From assembly GCA_003510435.1 (NCBI GenBank), contig DOMK01000001.1, positions 26,604 through 90,603 on the forward strand: a DNA stretch of 64,000 nucleotides, given 5' to 3'. Under the pieces are notes generated by a model that was not told the DNA's origin, searched no databases, and saw only the letters and a list, made by a program, of their open reading frames with translations. Source of the DNA: Candidatus Magasanikiibacteriota bacterium. Its GTDB lineage: Bacteria > Patescibacteriota > Patescibacteriia > Magasanikbacterales > UBA922. Both the position numbers and the translations under genes were made by a program. Each line of letters starts with the position of its first letter. Within the stretch, counting starts at the first letter, position 1. Below are positions 38,608 to 48,327 of this stretch, piece after piece.

Positions 38608-39417
38608 TTAATGTTCCTCTGCTCCATGTGGAGCGCTAGTGGCTACTGTCAAATATACAATTGTTAACATGGAAAATACCGCCGCTTGAATCAAGCCGAC
38701 TAATAATTCTAATAACATAAATGGTGTCGGTACCAAAGCTGCTACCAAAGCAGAAATTACAGAAATTAAAACTTCACCAGCAAAAATATTTCCAAATAAC
38801 CGAAGGGATAAAGAAACCACTTTAGCAATTTCAGACATGATCTCAATTAAACCAACTGCAAATTCAATCAAGGCAGTAAAAACAGCAATCGCGCCATCAG
38901 CAATGCCATGTTTAAACTGAGCAAAACTTTTAATAAAATTTTTAATTTGAAAAAATTTACCTAAATGAGTAAAGACTCCAATCGCAATAAAAGCATAAAC
39001 ATGAGAACCAATCACTGAGACTAAAGCCATAGCTAAAGTAAGATTCAAATCAGTATTAGCTGGACGCAAGAGCATATTATGACCAACAGTAATACTACCC
39101 GTACCTGGCAAAAGACCTAGCCAATTGGATAATAAGACGAAAAAGAAAATAGAACCGACAATTGGTAAAAATTTGACAGTTTTTTTTCTGTTACCTGTGA
39201 CACCGTCGAAATAACCGAGAACAGCTTCCAAAAAATATTCACACCAATTTTGTAATTTTCCTGGACGAAGTCTAATGGCTCGTTTGAGAACAATACCCAA
39301 TACCAAAAAAATAATAATGGCAATCCAAGCATTAATCATGGTATTAGTAATGTTTATATTACCAATATGAAAAACAACTTCTGGAGCTAAGGGTGGAATG
39401 TGAATTTCACTGGACAT
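38608..39417 (-). CDS. atpB: F-type ATP synthase subunit a
   Basis: 5-6 TM helices; conserved arginine helix region LSLRLFGNIFAGEV. Confidence 0.85.
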   Translation of the reverse strand: MSSEIHIPPLAPEVVFHIGNINITNTMINAWIAIIIFLVLGIVLKRAIRLRPGKLQNWCEYFLEAVLGYFDGVTGNRKKTVKFLPIVGSIFFFVLLSNWLGLLPGTGSITVGHNMLLRPANTDLNLTLAMALVSVIGSHVYAFIAIGVFTHLGKFFQIKNFIKSFAQFKHGIADGAIAVFTALIEFAVGLIEIMSEIAKVVSLSLRLFGNIFAGEVLISVISALVAALVPTPFMLLELLVGLIQAAVFSMLTIVYLTVATSAPHGAEEH

Positions 39418-39516
39418 AAATTCTTTTTTGTCACCCTGAATTTATTTCAGGGTCTTTTATATATTTTATTATCTTTTTTGAGAAAGATGCTGAAATAAAT
39501 TCAGCATGACAGTGTT

Positions 39517-39777
39517 CTATTTTTCTTCGTCTATTTTTTTATATTCATCTCCGTACTGCTTGGCTTTTTTGTAAATCATTTTACCAGATAAAACAGCCGC
39601 AATGATGAAAGCAATTACTGTAAACCAAGGGGCATAACCATATTTTCCTTCTAACCACTGACCAATTAAAACAAAAACTACAACTGGTACAGCGATGGTT
39701 GCGCCAAAATCACCAATAATCCTTAGTCCCATTAACATATATTTTCTGTCTTTAGGATTTTCTGGTAATAAGGCCAT
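39517..39777 (-). CDS. AtpZ/AtpI-like small membrane protein at the head of the atp operon
   Basis: 86 aa, two TM helices, LMGLRIIGDFGATIAVPVVV typical of the ATPase_gene1 family. Confidence 0.5.
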   Translation of the reverse strand: MALLPENPKDRKYMLMGLRIIGDFGATIAVPVVVFVLIGQWLEGKYGYAPWFTVIAFIIAAVLSGKMIYKKAKQYGDEYKKIDEEK

Positions 39778-39824
39778 ATTATAAAGGAAAAGACGTCTCT
39801 TTATGAAACGCCCATATTTTACAC

Positions 39825-39853
39825 TTTTTCCAAACTTAAGTCAACTATTTTTT
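39825..39853 (-). promoter_or_regulatory. sigma70-type promoter TTGACT-N17-TAAAAT for the atp operon
   Basis: Minus-strand read: tagTTGACTtaagtttggaaaaagtgTAAAATatggg, ~45 nt upstream of atpZ. Confidence 0.5.
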
Positions 39854-39890
39854 TATATATTGGTTGTGGACATTTTTTTAACTAAAATAA

Positions 39891-40475
39891 CTATAATTTA
39901 GTCATTTTTCCTCTTATCTCTCTTTCCTCTTTTTTTTCGACCCTTACTTTACAATCAACTGTTTTAAATTCTTTACTATTATTAAATCTGAACAACCCTC
40001 TTAAAGTTTCACCATTTAATACATGTAGTGGCCATTCCTTGTCTGCCCCTAAAAAATTACCCGCCTCTAAAATTTCTTTTAGTTCTTCTCTTTTTACCCA
40101 TTTCCATCCTTCTAATTTTTCTTTTTCTTTTTCTGAAACAGTTGGTTCACCAATAAATTTTTTGGTTCTATATAAGTAGATAATGAATTCTTTTTCTGGT
40201 TCTTCTAAAAAACTAACTTTTAGACTCCCAGCTAATTCAAGATCTTTTTCATCAACAACTAATGAGGTTTCTTCATACACCTCCCTAACAGCGCTTTTTT
40301 TAATTGCTTCTGACATGGCTGGAATTTTACCCTTTCCTTCTCCGTCTGATGATTCTTCTACTTTTCCGCCCGGTCCATTGTATTTACCAGCTCCAATACC
40401 TTTTAATTTTTTACTTAAAAGAACCTCACCACTATCATTTTCTATAAAAACAACATTCATGAATTTGTATGGCAT
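39891..40475 (-). CDS. Nudix hydrolase (MutT-like) with a Gly/Lys-rich insertion inside the Nudix box
   Basis: GPGGKVEE-[SSDGEGKGKIPAMSE]-AIKKSAVREVYEETSLVV. Confidence 0.65.
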   Translation of the reverse strand: MPYKFMNVVFIENDSGEVLLSKKLKGIGAGKYNGPGGKVEESSDGEGKGKIPAMSEAIKKSAVREVYEETSLVVDEKDLELAGSLKVSFLEEPEKEFIIYLYRTKKFIGEPTVSEKEKEKLEGWKWVKREELKEILEAGNFLGADKEWPLHVLNGETLRGLFRFNNSKEFKTVDCKVRVEKKEEREIRGKMTKL

Positions 40476-40477
40476 AC

Positions 40478-41359
40478 TTATTTTATATTAGTAAATAAGT
40501 TTTTGGCATTGTTTACACTCAGTTCCATAATTTCTTCTACAGATTTTTGTTTTATTTCTGCCATTTTTTTAGCCACTTCTTCTACCATCCAGGGTTCACA
40601 TCTTTTACCTCTATAAGCCTGTGGGGATAAATATGGTGCATCAGTTTCAATTAAAAATCTATCTAGGGGTATATTTTTTGCTACTTCTAATAAATCTATA
40701 GTTGGTTGTGGGTTTGTTTTGCGAGCAGGAAAAGTTAATACACCGGTAAAGCCGAGGTATAAACCAAGATCAATAAATTGTTGGGCATTTTCCCAGTTTG
40801 AGGAATAACAATGTACTACGCCAGTGATCGGTGATCCCTGATCACTGGTCACTAATTTTAAATATTCAAGAAGTTCATTATATGCATCCCGACAATGGAA
40901 TACAACGGGAAGATTGTGTTTTTTAGCAAACTTTATTTGTTTACCCAAAATATCTTTTTGCTTGTCTAAAATCTTGTCAGAATTTTGTCCCTCAGGCACA
41001 TGATAAAGTTCCAAACCACACTCCCCGACTCCAATTACCTTTTTACTTTTGGCCAGTTCGTCATAATAAGTTTCATCAAAATCTTCATCGCGAGAAATAA
41101 AATTAGATTCTTCTTCGTCTACTTCGGTTGCATGCAAGTGAATGGGGTGCAAACCAATGGTAGCATAAATATTGTCATACTGCTCTGCCAATTCCATAGC
41201 TTTTTTTGAGGTATCCATCTGTGTACCGACCGCGTTCATTATTACATTCTTTTTAATACAACGAGAGATGACCTCATTACGGTCATCTTTGTAGCCTTGA
41301 AATTGAATATGACAGTGAGTGTCAATCAGAGTGCTCATAATTTTGTTATATTTGTTCAA
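40478..41359 (-). CDS. tatD: TatD-family metal-dependent deoxyribonuclease with an in-frame mini-palindrome insertion
   Basis: IDTHCHIQF ... GVGECGLE ... VVFHCRDA ... HCYS ... ETDAPYL. Extra LVTSDQGSPITGV encoded by the palindrome at 40821-40852. Confidence 0.8.
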   Translation of the reverse strand: MNKYNKIMSTLIDTHCHIQFQGYKDDRNEVISRCIKKNVIMNAVGTQMDTSKKAMELAEQYDNIYATIGLHPIHLHATEVDEEESNFISRDEDFDETYYDELAKSKKVIGVGECGLELYHVPEGQNSDKILDKQKDILGKQIKFAKKHNLPVVFHCRDAYNELLEYLKLVTSDQGSPITGVVHCYSSNWENAQQFIDLGLYLGFTGVLTFPARKTNPQPTIDLLEVAKNIPLDRFLIETDAPYLSPQAYRGKRCEPWMVEEVAKKMAEIKQKSVEEIMELSVNNAKNLFTNIK

Positions 41360-41479
41360 TCATTTCATTTCTACTAGCCTGCCAATCTAACACGGAAAGA
41401 CAGAAAAATATATTTAGTATAATAAATAAAATACCAATAATTATTGCAATTATAATAAGTGAATGATAATTTTTTTGAG

Positions 41480-41690
41480 TTTTATTCATAATAATCAACT
41501 TGACTAGCTTTACTTTTTAAAGCTTCTACTTTGTCTGAATAATTTTCAAAATATACTAATTTGTTTCTTTTGTATTTTTTAGACAAAGCATTATCATAAG
41601 TACCATCTTTATGTTGTTTACCTCTTTTTATTAAACTATCGGTATATCCCACTTATAAAACATTGTATATACTCGCCATAATATAAATAT
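41480..41690 (-). pseudogene. decayed GIY-YIG nuclease gene (paralog of 47930-48274), interrupted by an in-frame stop
   Basis: Minus-strand translation MASIYNVL*VGYTDSLIKRGKQHKDGTYDNALSKKYKRNKLVYFENYS... parallels YYVYIMASITKVLYVGYTDCLIKRGRQHKTGTYDNAFSKKYKTNKLVYFESYY. Confidence 0.55.
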
Positions 41691-41783
41691 AAGAAGTTCT
41701 ACTCCTTAATAATTTCATACAAAAGTTATGTATAAGAAAGACCCCTCCTCACTCTTTCAAGTTCGTTCGGGGTGGTGCAGTGA

Positions 41784-42335
41784 CTATATTGGTGTAGACG
41801 AAGTAATAACACCCTCAAGATTATCTATTGTATTTTGAATCATTTTTAAAGCATCGGGTAATAATGGCATAAGAATATCAGCCATACCAACAGCATATGG
41901 AGCGACAACGGAATCTTCTATATAATTCATAATAGTGGCTGATAAAGGAAAAATATCTATAAAATATAAAATTAAACCAATGGTAATAACACCTTCAAAA
42001 AATCCTAATATAAGCCCCAGGAAACGATTAATACCTTTTATAAATGGTAGATTAGTCAAGACACTGAGCATTTTATCTACAATCCAAAAACCAAAACCAA
42101 CCAAGCGATTGATAATAACAAAAGCAATAATAAACATTAAAACTTTTGGGCCATTGCCTTCCCAGCCAGTAATTCCCATTAACCAATTGGCCATTGGTTC
42201 ATAATAACGTGAGGCTAAATAGGCACCGAGCACTGTACCCAAGAGTGAACCAAAAGTATGAATTAAACCAAACCAAAAGCCAAACATGGCAAACCCACCA
42301 ATAATGATGAGAAGAATTACGTCAAATAATCCCAT
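41784..42335 (-). CDS. cvpA: CvpA-family membrane protein
   Basis: LFDVILLIIIGGFAMFGFWFGLIHTFGSLLGTVLGAYLASRYY. Confidence 0.6.
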   Translation of the reverse strand: MGLFDVILLIIIGGFAMFGFWFGLIHTFGSLLGTVLGAYLASRYYEPMANWLMGITGWEGNGPKVLMFIIAFVIINRLVGFGFWIVDKMLSVLTNLPFIKGINRFLGLILGFFEGVITIGLILYFIDIFPLSATIMNYIEDSVVAPYAVGMADILMPLLPDALKMIQNTIDNLEGVITSSTPI

Positions 42336-42342
42336 ATATTTT

Positions 42343-42404
42343 AGGAATTAGGAATAAGGGCTAGAAGCGGGTTTTCTCGCCTCTAGTCCCAATTCCCTAT
42401 TCCT
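42343..42404. repeat. family-C REP-like palindrome (AGGAATTAGGAATAAGGGCTAGAAGCG...CGCCTCTAGTCCCAATTCCCTATTCCT)
   Basis: See 24868-24922. Confidence 0.55.
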
Positions 42405-42407
42405 ATT

Positions 42408-43901
42408 TTATTTCTCCAGTCTAGGAAACAATATCTCACCTTTGTTTATTATACCACCTTCTCTCAATTTTCCCCAGTCGCGTGAAGTATCAGTCGTGCC
42501 TAATTGTTTTAAAATCTTTTCTGCGGTCTCAGGAATTATTGGTAATAAGGCAACAGCAATGTGACGTAAACATTCGGCCAGTTGATAAAGTAAACCAGAA
42601 ATGTCTTCACCTGCTTTGGCTTTTTCCCATGGTTTTTCATCAGTAATAATTTTATCAATTACCGAAACCATAACGTCGATAATTTTGATTGAAGCTTCAA
42701 AATTATAATCTTCTATTGATTTAGGATACCACCCTGGACTCCAGAATTGATTAAATTCCGTTTGTAAAATCCCGTTAAAAACTTTTGGAATTTTACCATT
42801 ACTATATTTCTCTAACATCGTCAAAATTCTACTCGTCAAATTCCCTATTCCATTTACCAAACGGGCTGTGTAAAAATCTTCAAATCTTTCAATAGAAAAA
42901 TCACCGTCTTCATAAGATGGTAAGCCACCAAGCAAAAAATAACGTGTAGCATCTGTGCCATATTTATCAACAATTTTGTATGGCTCAACTACATTACCAA
43001 GGCTCTTGCTCATTTTTTGTCCTTCAGATGTAATAAAACCATGAATAAAGATTTGTTTGGAAGTTGGTAAGCCGGCTGACAACAGCATGGCTTGCCACAT
43101 GGCAGATTGTTGACGTAAATTATCTTTACCAGCCACCTGATAACCTGGCCAAAAATTATTAAAATTATTTTCATCTTCTGGCCAACCTAATGTGGAAATA
43201 TAGTTTATAAGAGCATCAAACCAAACATACATCACATGATCTGGATCATTTGGTACAGGAATACCCCAAGGCATTTTGGCTTTTAATCTAGAAATACTAA
43301 AATCTTCTAGACCACGCTCTACAAAGTTTTTTATTTCTAATTGACGATGAGCAGGTACAACAAATTCTGGATTAGATTGATATAAATCTAAAAGCGATTC
43401 TTGATATTTAGAAAATCTAAAAAAATAATTTTCTTCTTCAATTAATTCAATATTTAAATTTGGATGCACTGGACATTTGTCATCTACCAGTTCTGAATCA
43501 GTTTTTTCCAATTCGCAACCTACACAATATTTTACTTTGTAATTCTTTTTGTAAATATCACCATTCTTTTCACAACGCAACCAAAATTCTTGAGTTGCTT
43601 TGATATGATGTGGGTCGGTGGTACGAATAAAATGAGTATAGCTCAAATTCAAGGCTTGTTTTAGAGCATCAAACTTGGCTGCGTACTCATCACAATATTT
43701 TTGTGGGTCAATACCAAGTTCTTCGGCTTTACGATAAATTTTTAGACCATGTTCATCTGTGCCGGTATTAAAAATTACTTCTTCACCAAGTAATTTATGA
43801 TAACGAGCGATCACATCGGCTTGAATAATTTCCAAAGCAAAACCAATATGCGGTTCGGCATTGACGTATGGTAGGGTGGTTGTTAAATAAAAGTTTTTCA
43901 T
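42408..43901 (-). CDS. metG: methionyl-tRNA synthetase
   Basis: HIGH-class motifs (PYVNAEPHIGF ... KMSKSLGN) and CxxC zinc knuckles (CVGC ... CPVH). Confidence 0.9.
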   Translation of the reverse strand: MKNFYLTTTLPYVNAEPHIGFALEIIQADVIARYHKLLGEEVIFNTGTDEHGLKIYRKAEELGIDPQKYCDEYAAKFDALKQALNLSYTHFIRTTDPHHIKATQEFWLRCEKNGDIYKKNYKVKYCVGCELEKTDSELVDDKCPVHPNLNIELIEEENYFFRFSKYQESLLDLYQSNPEFVVPAHRQLEIKNFVERGLEDFSISRLKAKMPWGIPVPNDPDHVMYVWFDALINYISTLGWPEDENNFNNFWPGYQVAGKDNLRQQSAMWQAMLLSAGLPTSKQIFIHGFITSEGQKMSKSLGNVVEPYKIVDKYGTDATRYFLLGGLPSYEDGDFSIERFEDFYTARLVNGIGNLTSRILTMLEKYSNGKIPKVFNGILQTEFNQFWSPGWYPKSIEDYNFEASIKIIDVMVSVIDKIITDEKPWEKAKAGEDISGLLYQLAECLRHIAVALLPIIPETAEKILKQLGTTDTSRDWGKLREGGIINKGEILFPRLEK

Positions 43902-43991
43902 AACATTGATTTCACAGATTAGAAATGATTACACTGATTAAATCTATAAATTTTTTAATAACCTTATTCGTATTATTCTGTTTACTGAATA

Positions 43992-44732
43992 CTACTTACT
44001 GATTACTATTACAAACTCCCCTTTTTCTGAAATATTCATCGCCAATATTTCTTTAATTGTCCCGCGATAAATTGTTTCAAATTTTTTAGTTAATTCACGA
44101 CACACACACATTTGTCTGTCTTCTTCTAAAACTTCAGCCAATTCTCCTAAACATTTTTTTATTCTGTGATTTGATTCATAAAATGCGACTGTGTATTCTG
44201 CCTTCGCCACATCAGCAAAAAAAGTTTTACGACCTTTTTTGTGTGGCGGAAAACCCATGAATACAAATTTGTCGGTTGGAAAGCCTGAAATACTTAAAGC
44301 CGTTATTACTGCACTTGGTCCTGGAATTGGCTCTACTGTGTCATCCTGAGCGGAGCGGAGCGGAGTCGAAGGATCCCCTTCTTCAACAGGGGGATATTTC
44401 GACTTCGCCCTCCGGGCTTCGCTCAATATGACGTTTATGAGTTGGTTTCCTGGATCTGATATACCTGGCGTACCAGCATCAGTTACTAATGCCAAATTTT
44501 TACCTTGTTCCAACAATTCCTTGATCTCACGAACTTTCTTTTCTTCACTATGTTGATGATAAGAAATAGTTTTGGTTTTAATCTCAAAATGATTCAACAA
44601 ATTTAGTGTTACTCTAGTATCTTCACACAAAATAAAATCCACACTTTTTAATATTTTAAGTGCACGTAAAGTGATGTCGCCTAGATTACCAATTGGCGTG
44701 GCGACTATGTATAATTTACCTGTATTTTCCAT
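43992..44732 (-). CDS. rsmI: 16S rRNA (cytidine1402-2'-O)-methyltransferase RsmI, carrying an in-frame family-A element
   Basis: LYIVATPIGNLGDITLRALKIL ... ILCEDTRVT. Inserted RRAKSKYPPVEEGDPSTPLRSAQDDTVEPIPGPS is encoded by the repeat. Confidence 0.85.
   Translation of the reverse strand: MENTGKLYIVATPIGNLGDITLRALKILKSVDFILCEDTRVTLNLLNHFEIKTKTISYHQHSEEKKVREIKELLEQGKNLALVTDAGTPGISDPGNQLINVILSEARRAKSKYPPVEEGDPSTPLRSAQDDTVEPIPGPSAVITALSISGFPTDKFVFMGFPPHKKGRKTFFADVAKAEYTVAFYESNHRIKKCLGELAEVLEEDRQMCVCRELTKKFETIYRGTIKEILAMNISEKGEFVIVISK
44340..44432. repeat. family-A palindromic element inside rsmI
   Basis: gtcatcctgagcggagcggagcggagtcgaaggatcccc...gggggatatttcgacttcgccctccgggcttcgctcaatatgac. 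Confidence 0.7.
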
Positions 44733-44801
44733 GGTTTAATTGTATCAAAAAAGCCCTCTTAAATCAAGGAGCTTTGAATAATTAAAAATATTGATATAGA
44801 A

Positions 44802-45185
44802 TTATATTAATGTTATGTCGCCTAAATAAATATCTTTAGATCTTGGTTTAATAGGAGATTCTGAAAAACAAAATTCAACTTTTACTCTAAATTGATTATT
44901 AGTTTTTGTGAATAATGGTACATCAGTTGTTAGACTGATTATTCCAGCCATTATCCCTCCGTTGCTTTGTATTAGTTGTTCTTTGGTGCCAACAAATTTA
45001 TCTGATGAATTAAGCAAATATGTTTTGAAGTCTTCTTTATCTTTAAAAAAAGCATTTCTAGATAAACTTCCTAAATACATAATGTATTCTCCATTTATCA
45101 TGTCGCGCATATTATCAGAGCTAGAACGCTCTGCATTTTCAATTAAGTCGGCTGGTAACCTGTCAATTTCTAGAAAATCAGACAT
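44802..45185 (-). CDS. hypothetical protein in the Fe-S cluster operon
   Basis: ORF in operon spacing. Start moved to MSDFLEID so it abuts rather than overlaps the ferredoxin gene. Confidence 0.4.
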   Translation of the reverse strand: MSDFLEIDRLPADLIENAERSSSDNMRDMINGEYIMYLGSLSRNAFFKDKEDFKTYLLNSSDKFVGTKEQLIQSNGGIMAGIISLTTDVPLFTKTNNQFRVKVEFCFSESPIKPRSKDIYLGDITLI

Positions 45186-45186
45186 A

Positions 45187-45372
45187 TTATTCTTCAATTT
45201 CAATGGCCCCAACTGGACAAGCACCAGCGGCATCTTTAATAGTTTGTTCGTCATCCCCTGGTGGAACGACTTCTACTGCTTTACCATCCTCATCCCATTT
45301 AAAACTGGCTTCAGCCAAGACAATACATGTACCACAGCTGATACATTTTTCTTTGTTTACTTTACACTTCAT
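45187..45372 (-). CDS. small 4Fe-4S ferredoxin
   Basis: 61 aa: CISCGTC ... CP (CxxCxxC...CP cluster motif). Confidence 0.75.
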   Translation of the reverse strand: MKCKVNKEKCISCGTCIVLAEASFKWDEDGKAVEVVPPGDDEQTIKDAAGACPVGAIEIEE

Positions 45373-45418
45373 ATTAAATGCTTAAAATGCCTGAAAGGCC
45401 AAAAAGGCTTGAGAGGCT

Positions 45419-45724
45419 TTATAATTTAGTAAGTTCATCAATGTTTAAATCTAGTTCTTTTGTATTTGCGTCAGAAAAATCAGTCGGATTCTCAATTTCT
45501 GTCATCACATTTTCTGGAGTAATATTATGAATAACTATATCATCTACTCGGATATTAGGTGATCTATGACAATGTCCAGTACAAGTACAAATATCTAAAC
45601 AGATTTTATCATTACATTCACCTTTTTGCAAACCAGTCTCCATTTCAATTTTGTGCAATATTGCATCCGAACCTTTGGCAGAACAAGTTATACCTTTGCA
45701 GATTTTTATTTGTTTCATAATCAT
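45419..45724 (-). CDS. thioredoxin-like [2Fe-2S] ferredoxin (NuoE-like fold)
   Basis: ICKGITCSAKGSDAI ... CLDICTCTGHC spacing. Start moved to an internal Met because the upstream 39 codons are encoded by repeat 45721-45835. Confidence 0.5.
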   Translation of the reverse strand: MIMKQIKICKGITCSAKGSDAILHKIEMETGLQKGECNDKICLDICTCTGHCHRSPNIRVDDIVIHNITPENVMTEIENPTDFSDANTKELDLNIDELTKL

Positions 45725-45835
45725 TCCGAGTGTAGCGAGGAATCCCTTTTCCTTGGGGTTAACATCGGTTTTATTTAATGCTTTTTTTAATGAATCAAAA
45801 AGGGATCCCTCACCCTTCGGGATTCGGGATGACGG
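45721..45835. repeat. family-B palindromic element (diverged copy)
   Basis: tcattccgagtgtagcgaggaatcccttttccttggggttaacatcgg...aaaagggatccctcacccttcgggattcgggatga. Confidence 0.6.
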
Positions 45836-45837
45836 TG

Positions 45838-46524
45838 TCAACCATAATACTTCTCCATATAAAATCTAATCAATTCTTCAATTTCTGGAATGGCTTCGGG
45901 ATCACCCACACCAACTTTTAATTTCTTTTGCACATCTTCCAAATTTTGCGCGCCTTCTAGTACCGCTTCTTCTATATCATGATCAGTAATATTTAGAACT
46001 TTATCAATAATTTTACTTCCAGCTGTCACAATTCTACCGTGTTGTCCAGTTTTACGAAAATAATCATTAACTGCGGCTTGTAAAGCTTTGTCACCCAAGA
46101 CTGAACAGTGTACTTTTCTATCTGGTAAGCCACCAAGCCGAGCTAAAATATCTTGTGGTTTTATTTTTAAAGCGTCTTCGAGTTTCATTCCACCCTTTTC
46201 AACGATCATTTCTGATAAAACCGAAGTGGAGGCAATGGCTGAACCACAACCAAAAGTGCGCCAGCGACAGTCCTTTATTTTTTCACTTTTTTCATCTACT
46301 AAAATCCACAGTACCATTTCATCACCACAAGCTGGCGAACCTACGCGTCCCATTCCATCATATTTAAACTTTTCTTCCTCGCCCTGTTTCATAAAATTTC
46401 GCGGATTAAAAAAATGATCCTTAACAATGTCAGAATACAACCAACCAGAACCATCATTACTGCGGATATCTACCGGTTTAGTTAAATTCTTAGTTTTGGT
46501 TACTTTTTTAATTATTTTTTTCAT
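45838..46524 (-). CDS. NifU/IscU-family Fe-S cluster assembly scaffold protein
   Basis: GSPACGDEMVLWI ... FGCGSAIASTS (three scaffold cysteines) plus a C-terminal extension. Confidence 0.75.
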   Translation of the reverse strand: MKKIIKKVTKTKNLTKPVDIRSNDGSGWLYSDIVKDHFFNPRNFMKQGEEEKFKYDGMGRVGSPACGDEMVLWILVDEKSEKIKDCRWRTFGCGSAIASTSVLSEMIVEKGGMKLEDALKIKPQDILARLGGLPDRKVHCSVLGDKALQAAVNDYFRKTGQHGRIVTAGSKIIDKVLNITDHDIEEAVLEGAQNLEDVQKKLKVGVGDPEAIPEIEELIRFYMEKYYG

Positions 46525-46616
46525 AGACTATTGGATACTAAATACGAAATTTACAAAAATACGAACTGAGGTGCAATAATTTTTGTAATTTTGTACTTTT
46601 TGTATTTCGTATCCTA

Positions 46617-47858
46617 TTATTTATACTTAGCATGTTTTTTATTTCCCATTTGTACAGGACTAATTTCCCTTAACTTTTCAACTATGCCCGGCAAATATTT
46701 CATGACATAATCAATATCAGCTTTGGTATTGCAATGCCCAAGAGTAAAACGCAAGCTACCATGAGCATATTCATAAGGTAAACCAAGCGCAGTGAGAACA
46801 TGTGATGGTTCTAGTGAGGTAGAAGTACAAGCTGAACCAGTGGAACAGCAAATGCCATAAGCATCTAAATATAATAACATAGCTTCACCTTCTACATCCA
46901 TAAAAGTGACATTCAAATTATTTGGCAGACGTGAGTTTTCATTTCCCAAAGAGGCGCCGTTCAATTTTATTTTATCAATTTTTTTACTAATTTGGTCGTA
47001 AAAATAATCACGCAATTCAACTAAACGCATGTTTTCATCTTGTCTATTTTCCTGAGCCAATTCTAACGCTTTGGTAAAGCCGACAATTCCAGCTAGATTC
47101 TCTGTACCACTGCGTAAATTCATTTCCTGACCACCACCATAGATAAGTGGCACGATATTCACTCCACGTCGCTTGTAGAGCATTCCTACGCCTTTGGGGC
47201 CATATATTTTGCTAGCATTGAGTGTCAATAGATCCACATGGAGCTTTTCCACGTCCAATTCTAAAACTCCGCCAGCTTGGCAAGCATCTGTATGAAAAAA
47301 TGGATATATAGAATTATTTTCTTTGCGATATTTTAAAATTTCTCTTCCAATATCAGCGATTGGTTCTACCGTACCAATTTCATTATTGGCATACATAATA
47401 GAAATCAAAATTGTGTCAGGACGAATCTCAGCTCGAACTTTTTTTGGTGAAATAAAACCCCGTGAATCTGGTTCTAAATATGTCACAACAAAACTTTCTT
47501 TTTCTAAGTGTTCAATTGGATTTAAAACCGCATGATGTTCAATCTTCGTGGTAATAATATGTTTACCAAAATTTGCGTGTTTTCTAGTCACACCGAATAT
47601 TGCCAAATTATCTGACTCACTACCACCACCAGTAAAAATAATATTGTCTGGTAAAGCATGAATAATCTCTGCGACTTTTCTGTGACAATCATTCAGTTCG
47701 CCATTGGCAACCCGACCTGCTTCATAAAGACTACTCGGGTTACCAAAAATCTTACCATAATATGGCTTCATGACTTTTTCTACTCGTTCATCAACGTAAG
47801 TCGTAGCCGCGTGGTCTAGATAAACAAATTTTTTGGTTTTTGGTTTTGGGGGGAACAT
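46617..47858 (-). CDS. cysteine desulfurase (NifS/IscS/SufS-type class V aminotransferase)
   Basis: YLDHAATT ... TGGGSESDNLAI ... SASKIYGPKGVG ... SSTGSACTS. Start moved to MFPPKPK; the track ORF's extra 48 codons are repeat-derived and overlap the GIY-YIG gene. Confidence 0.85.
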   Translation of the reverse strand: MFPPKPKTKKFVYLDHAATTYVDERVEKVMKPYYGKIFGNPSSLYEAGRVANGELNDCHRKVAEIIHALPDNIIFTGGGSESDNLAIFGVTRKHANFGKHIITTKIEHHAVLNPIEHLEKESFVVTYLEPDSRGFISPKKVRAEIRPDTILISIMYANNEIGTVEPIADIGREILKYRKENNSIYPFFHTDACQAGGVLELDVEKLHVDLLTLNASKIYGPKGVGMLYKRRGVNIVPLIYGGGQEMNLRSGTENLAGIVGFTKALELAQENRQDENMRLVELRDYFYDQISKKIDKIKLNGASLGNENSRLPNNLNVTFMDVEGEAMLLYLDAYGICCSTGSACTSTSLEPSHVLTALGLPYEYAHGSLRFTLGHCNTKADIDYVMKYLPGIVEKLREISPVQMGNKKHAKYK

Positions 47859-47929
47859 AGTATAAATTAATCTCGAACGAAAAACAGAAAGCGAAGCGAA
47901 CTGTTTTGAGGAGAGATCTTTCTTACCTC

Positions 47930-48274
47930 TTAATTCTCTACGCGAGTAAAACCCTGCATAATATAAAAATTTTTCTTTACTTGTAAATATAAATCTATCC
48001 AATCTGGATTATCTTTTTCAATTAATTTGATCTTCTTCTCTTTTCTATATTTTTTAATTTGACTTTCTCTTTTTAGAGATTCTTCTTTTGTATAATAACT
48101 TTCAAAATAGACTAACTTATTAGTTTTATATTTTTTAGAAAAAGCATTATCGTATGTACCTGTTTTGTGTTGTCTACCTCTTTTTATAAGACAATCTGTA
48201 TAACCTACATACAATACTTTCGTTATACTTGCCATTATATAGACGTAGTAATTTCTCCTCCTTAAATTGTTCAT
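47930..48274 (-). CDS. stand-alone GIY-YIG nuclease-domain protein (UPF0213-like)
   Basis: YYVYIMASITKVLYVGYTDCLIKRGRQHKTG ... YFESYYTKEESLKRESQIKKY = GIY-YIG core. Confidence 0.7.
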   Translation of the reverse strand: MNNLRRRNYYVYIMASITKVLYVGYTDCLIKRGRQHKTGTYDNAFSKKYKTNKLVYFESYYTKEESLKRESQIKKYRKEKKIKLIEKDNPDWIDLYLQVKKNFYIMQGFTRVEN

Positions 48275-48327
48275 AGTGAGATTAGTTTTAAGAAAGATCT
48301 CTCGTCGCCCTTCGGGCTCACTCGAGA

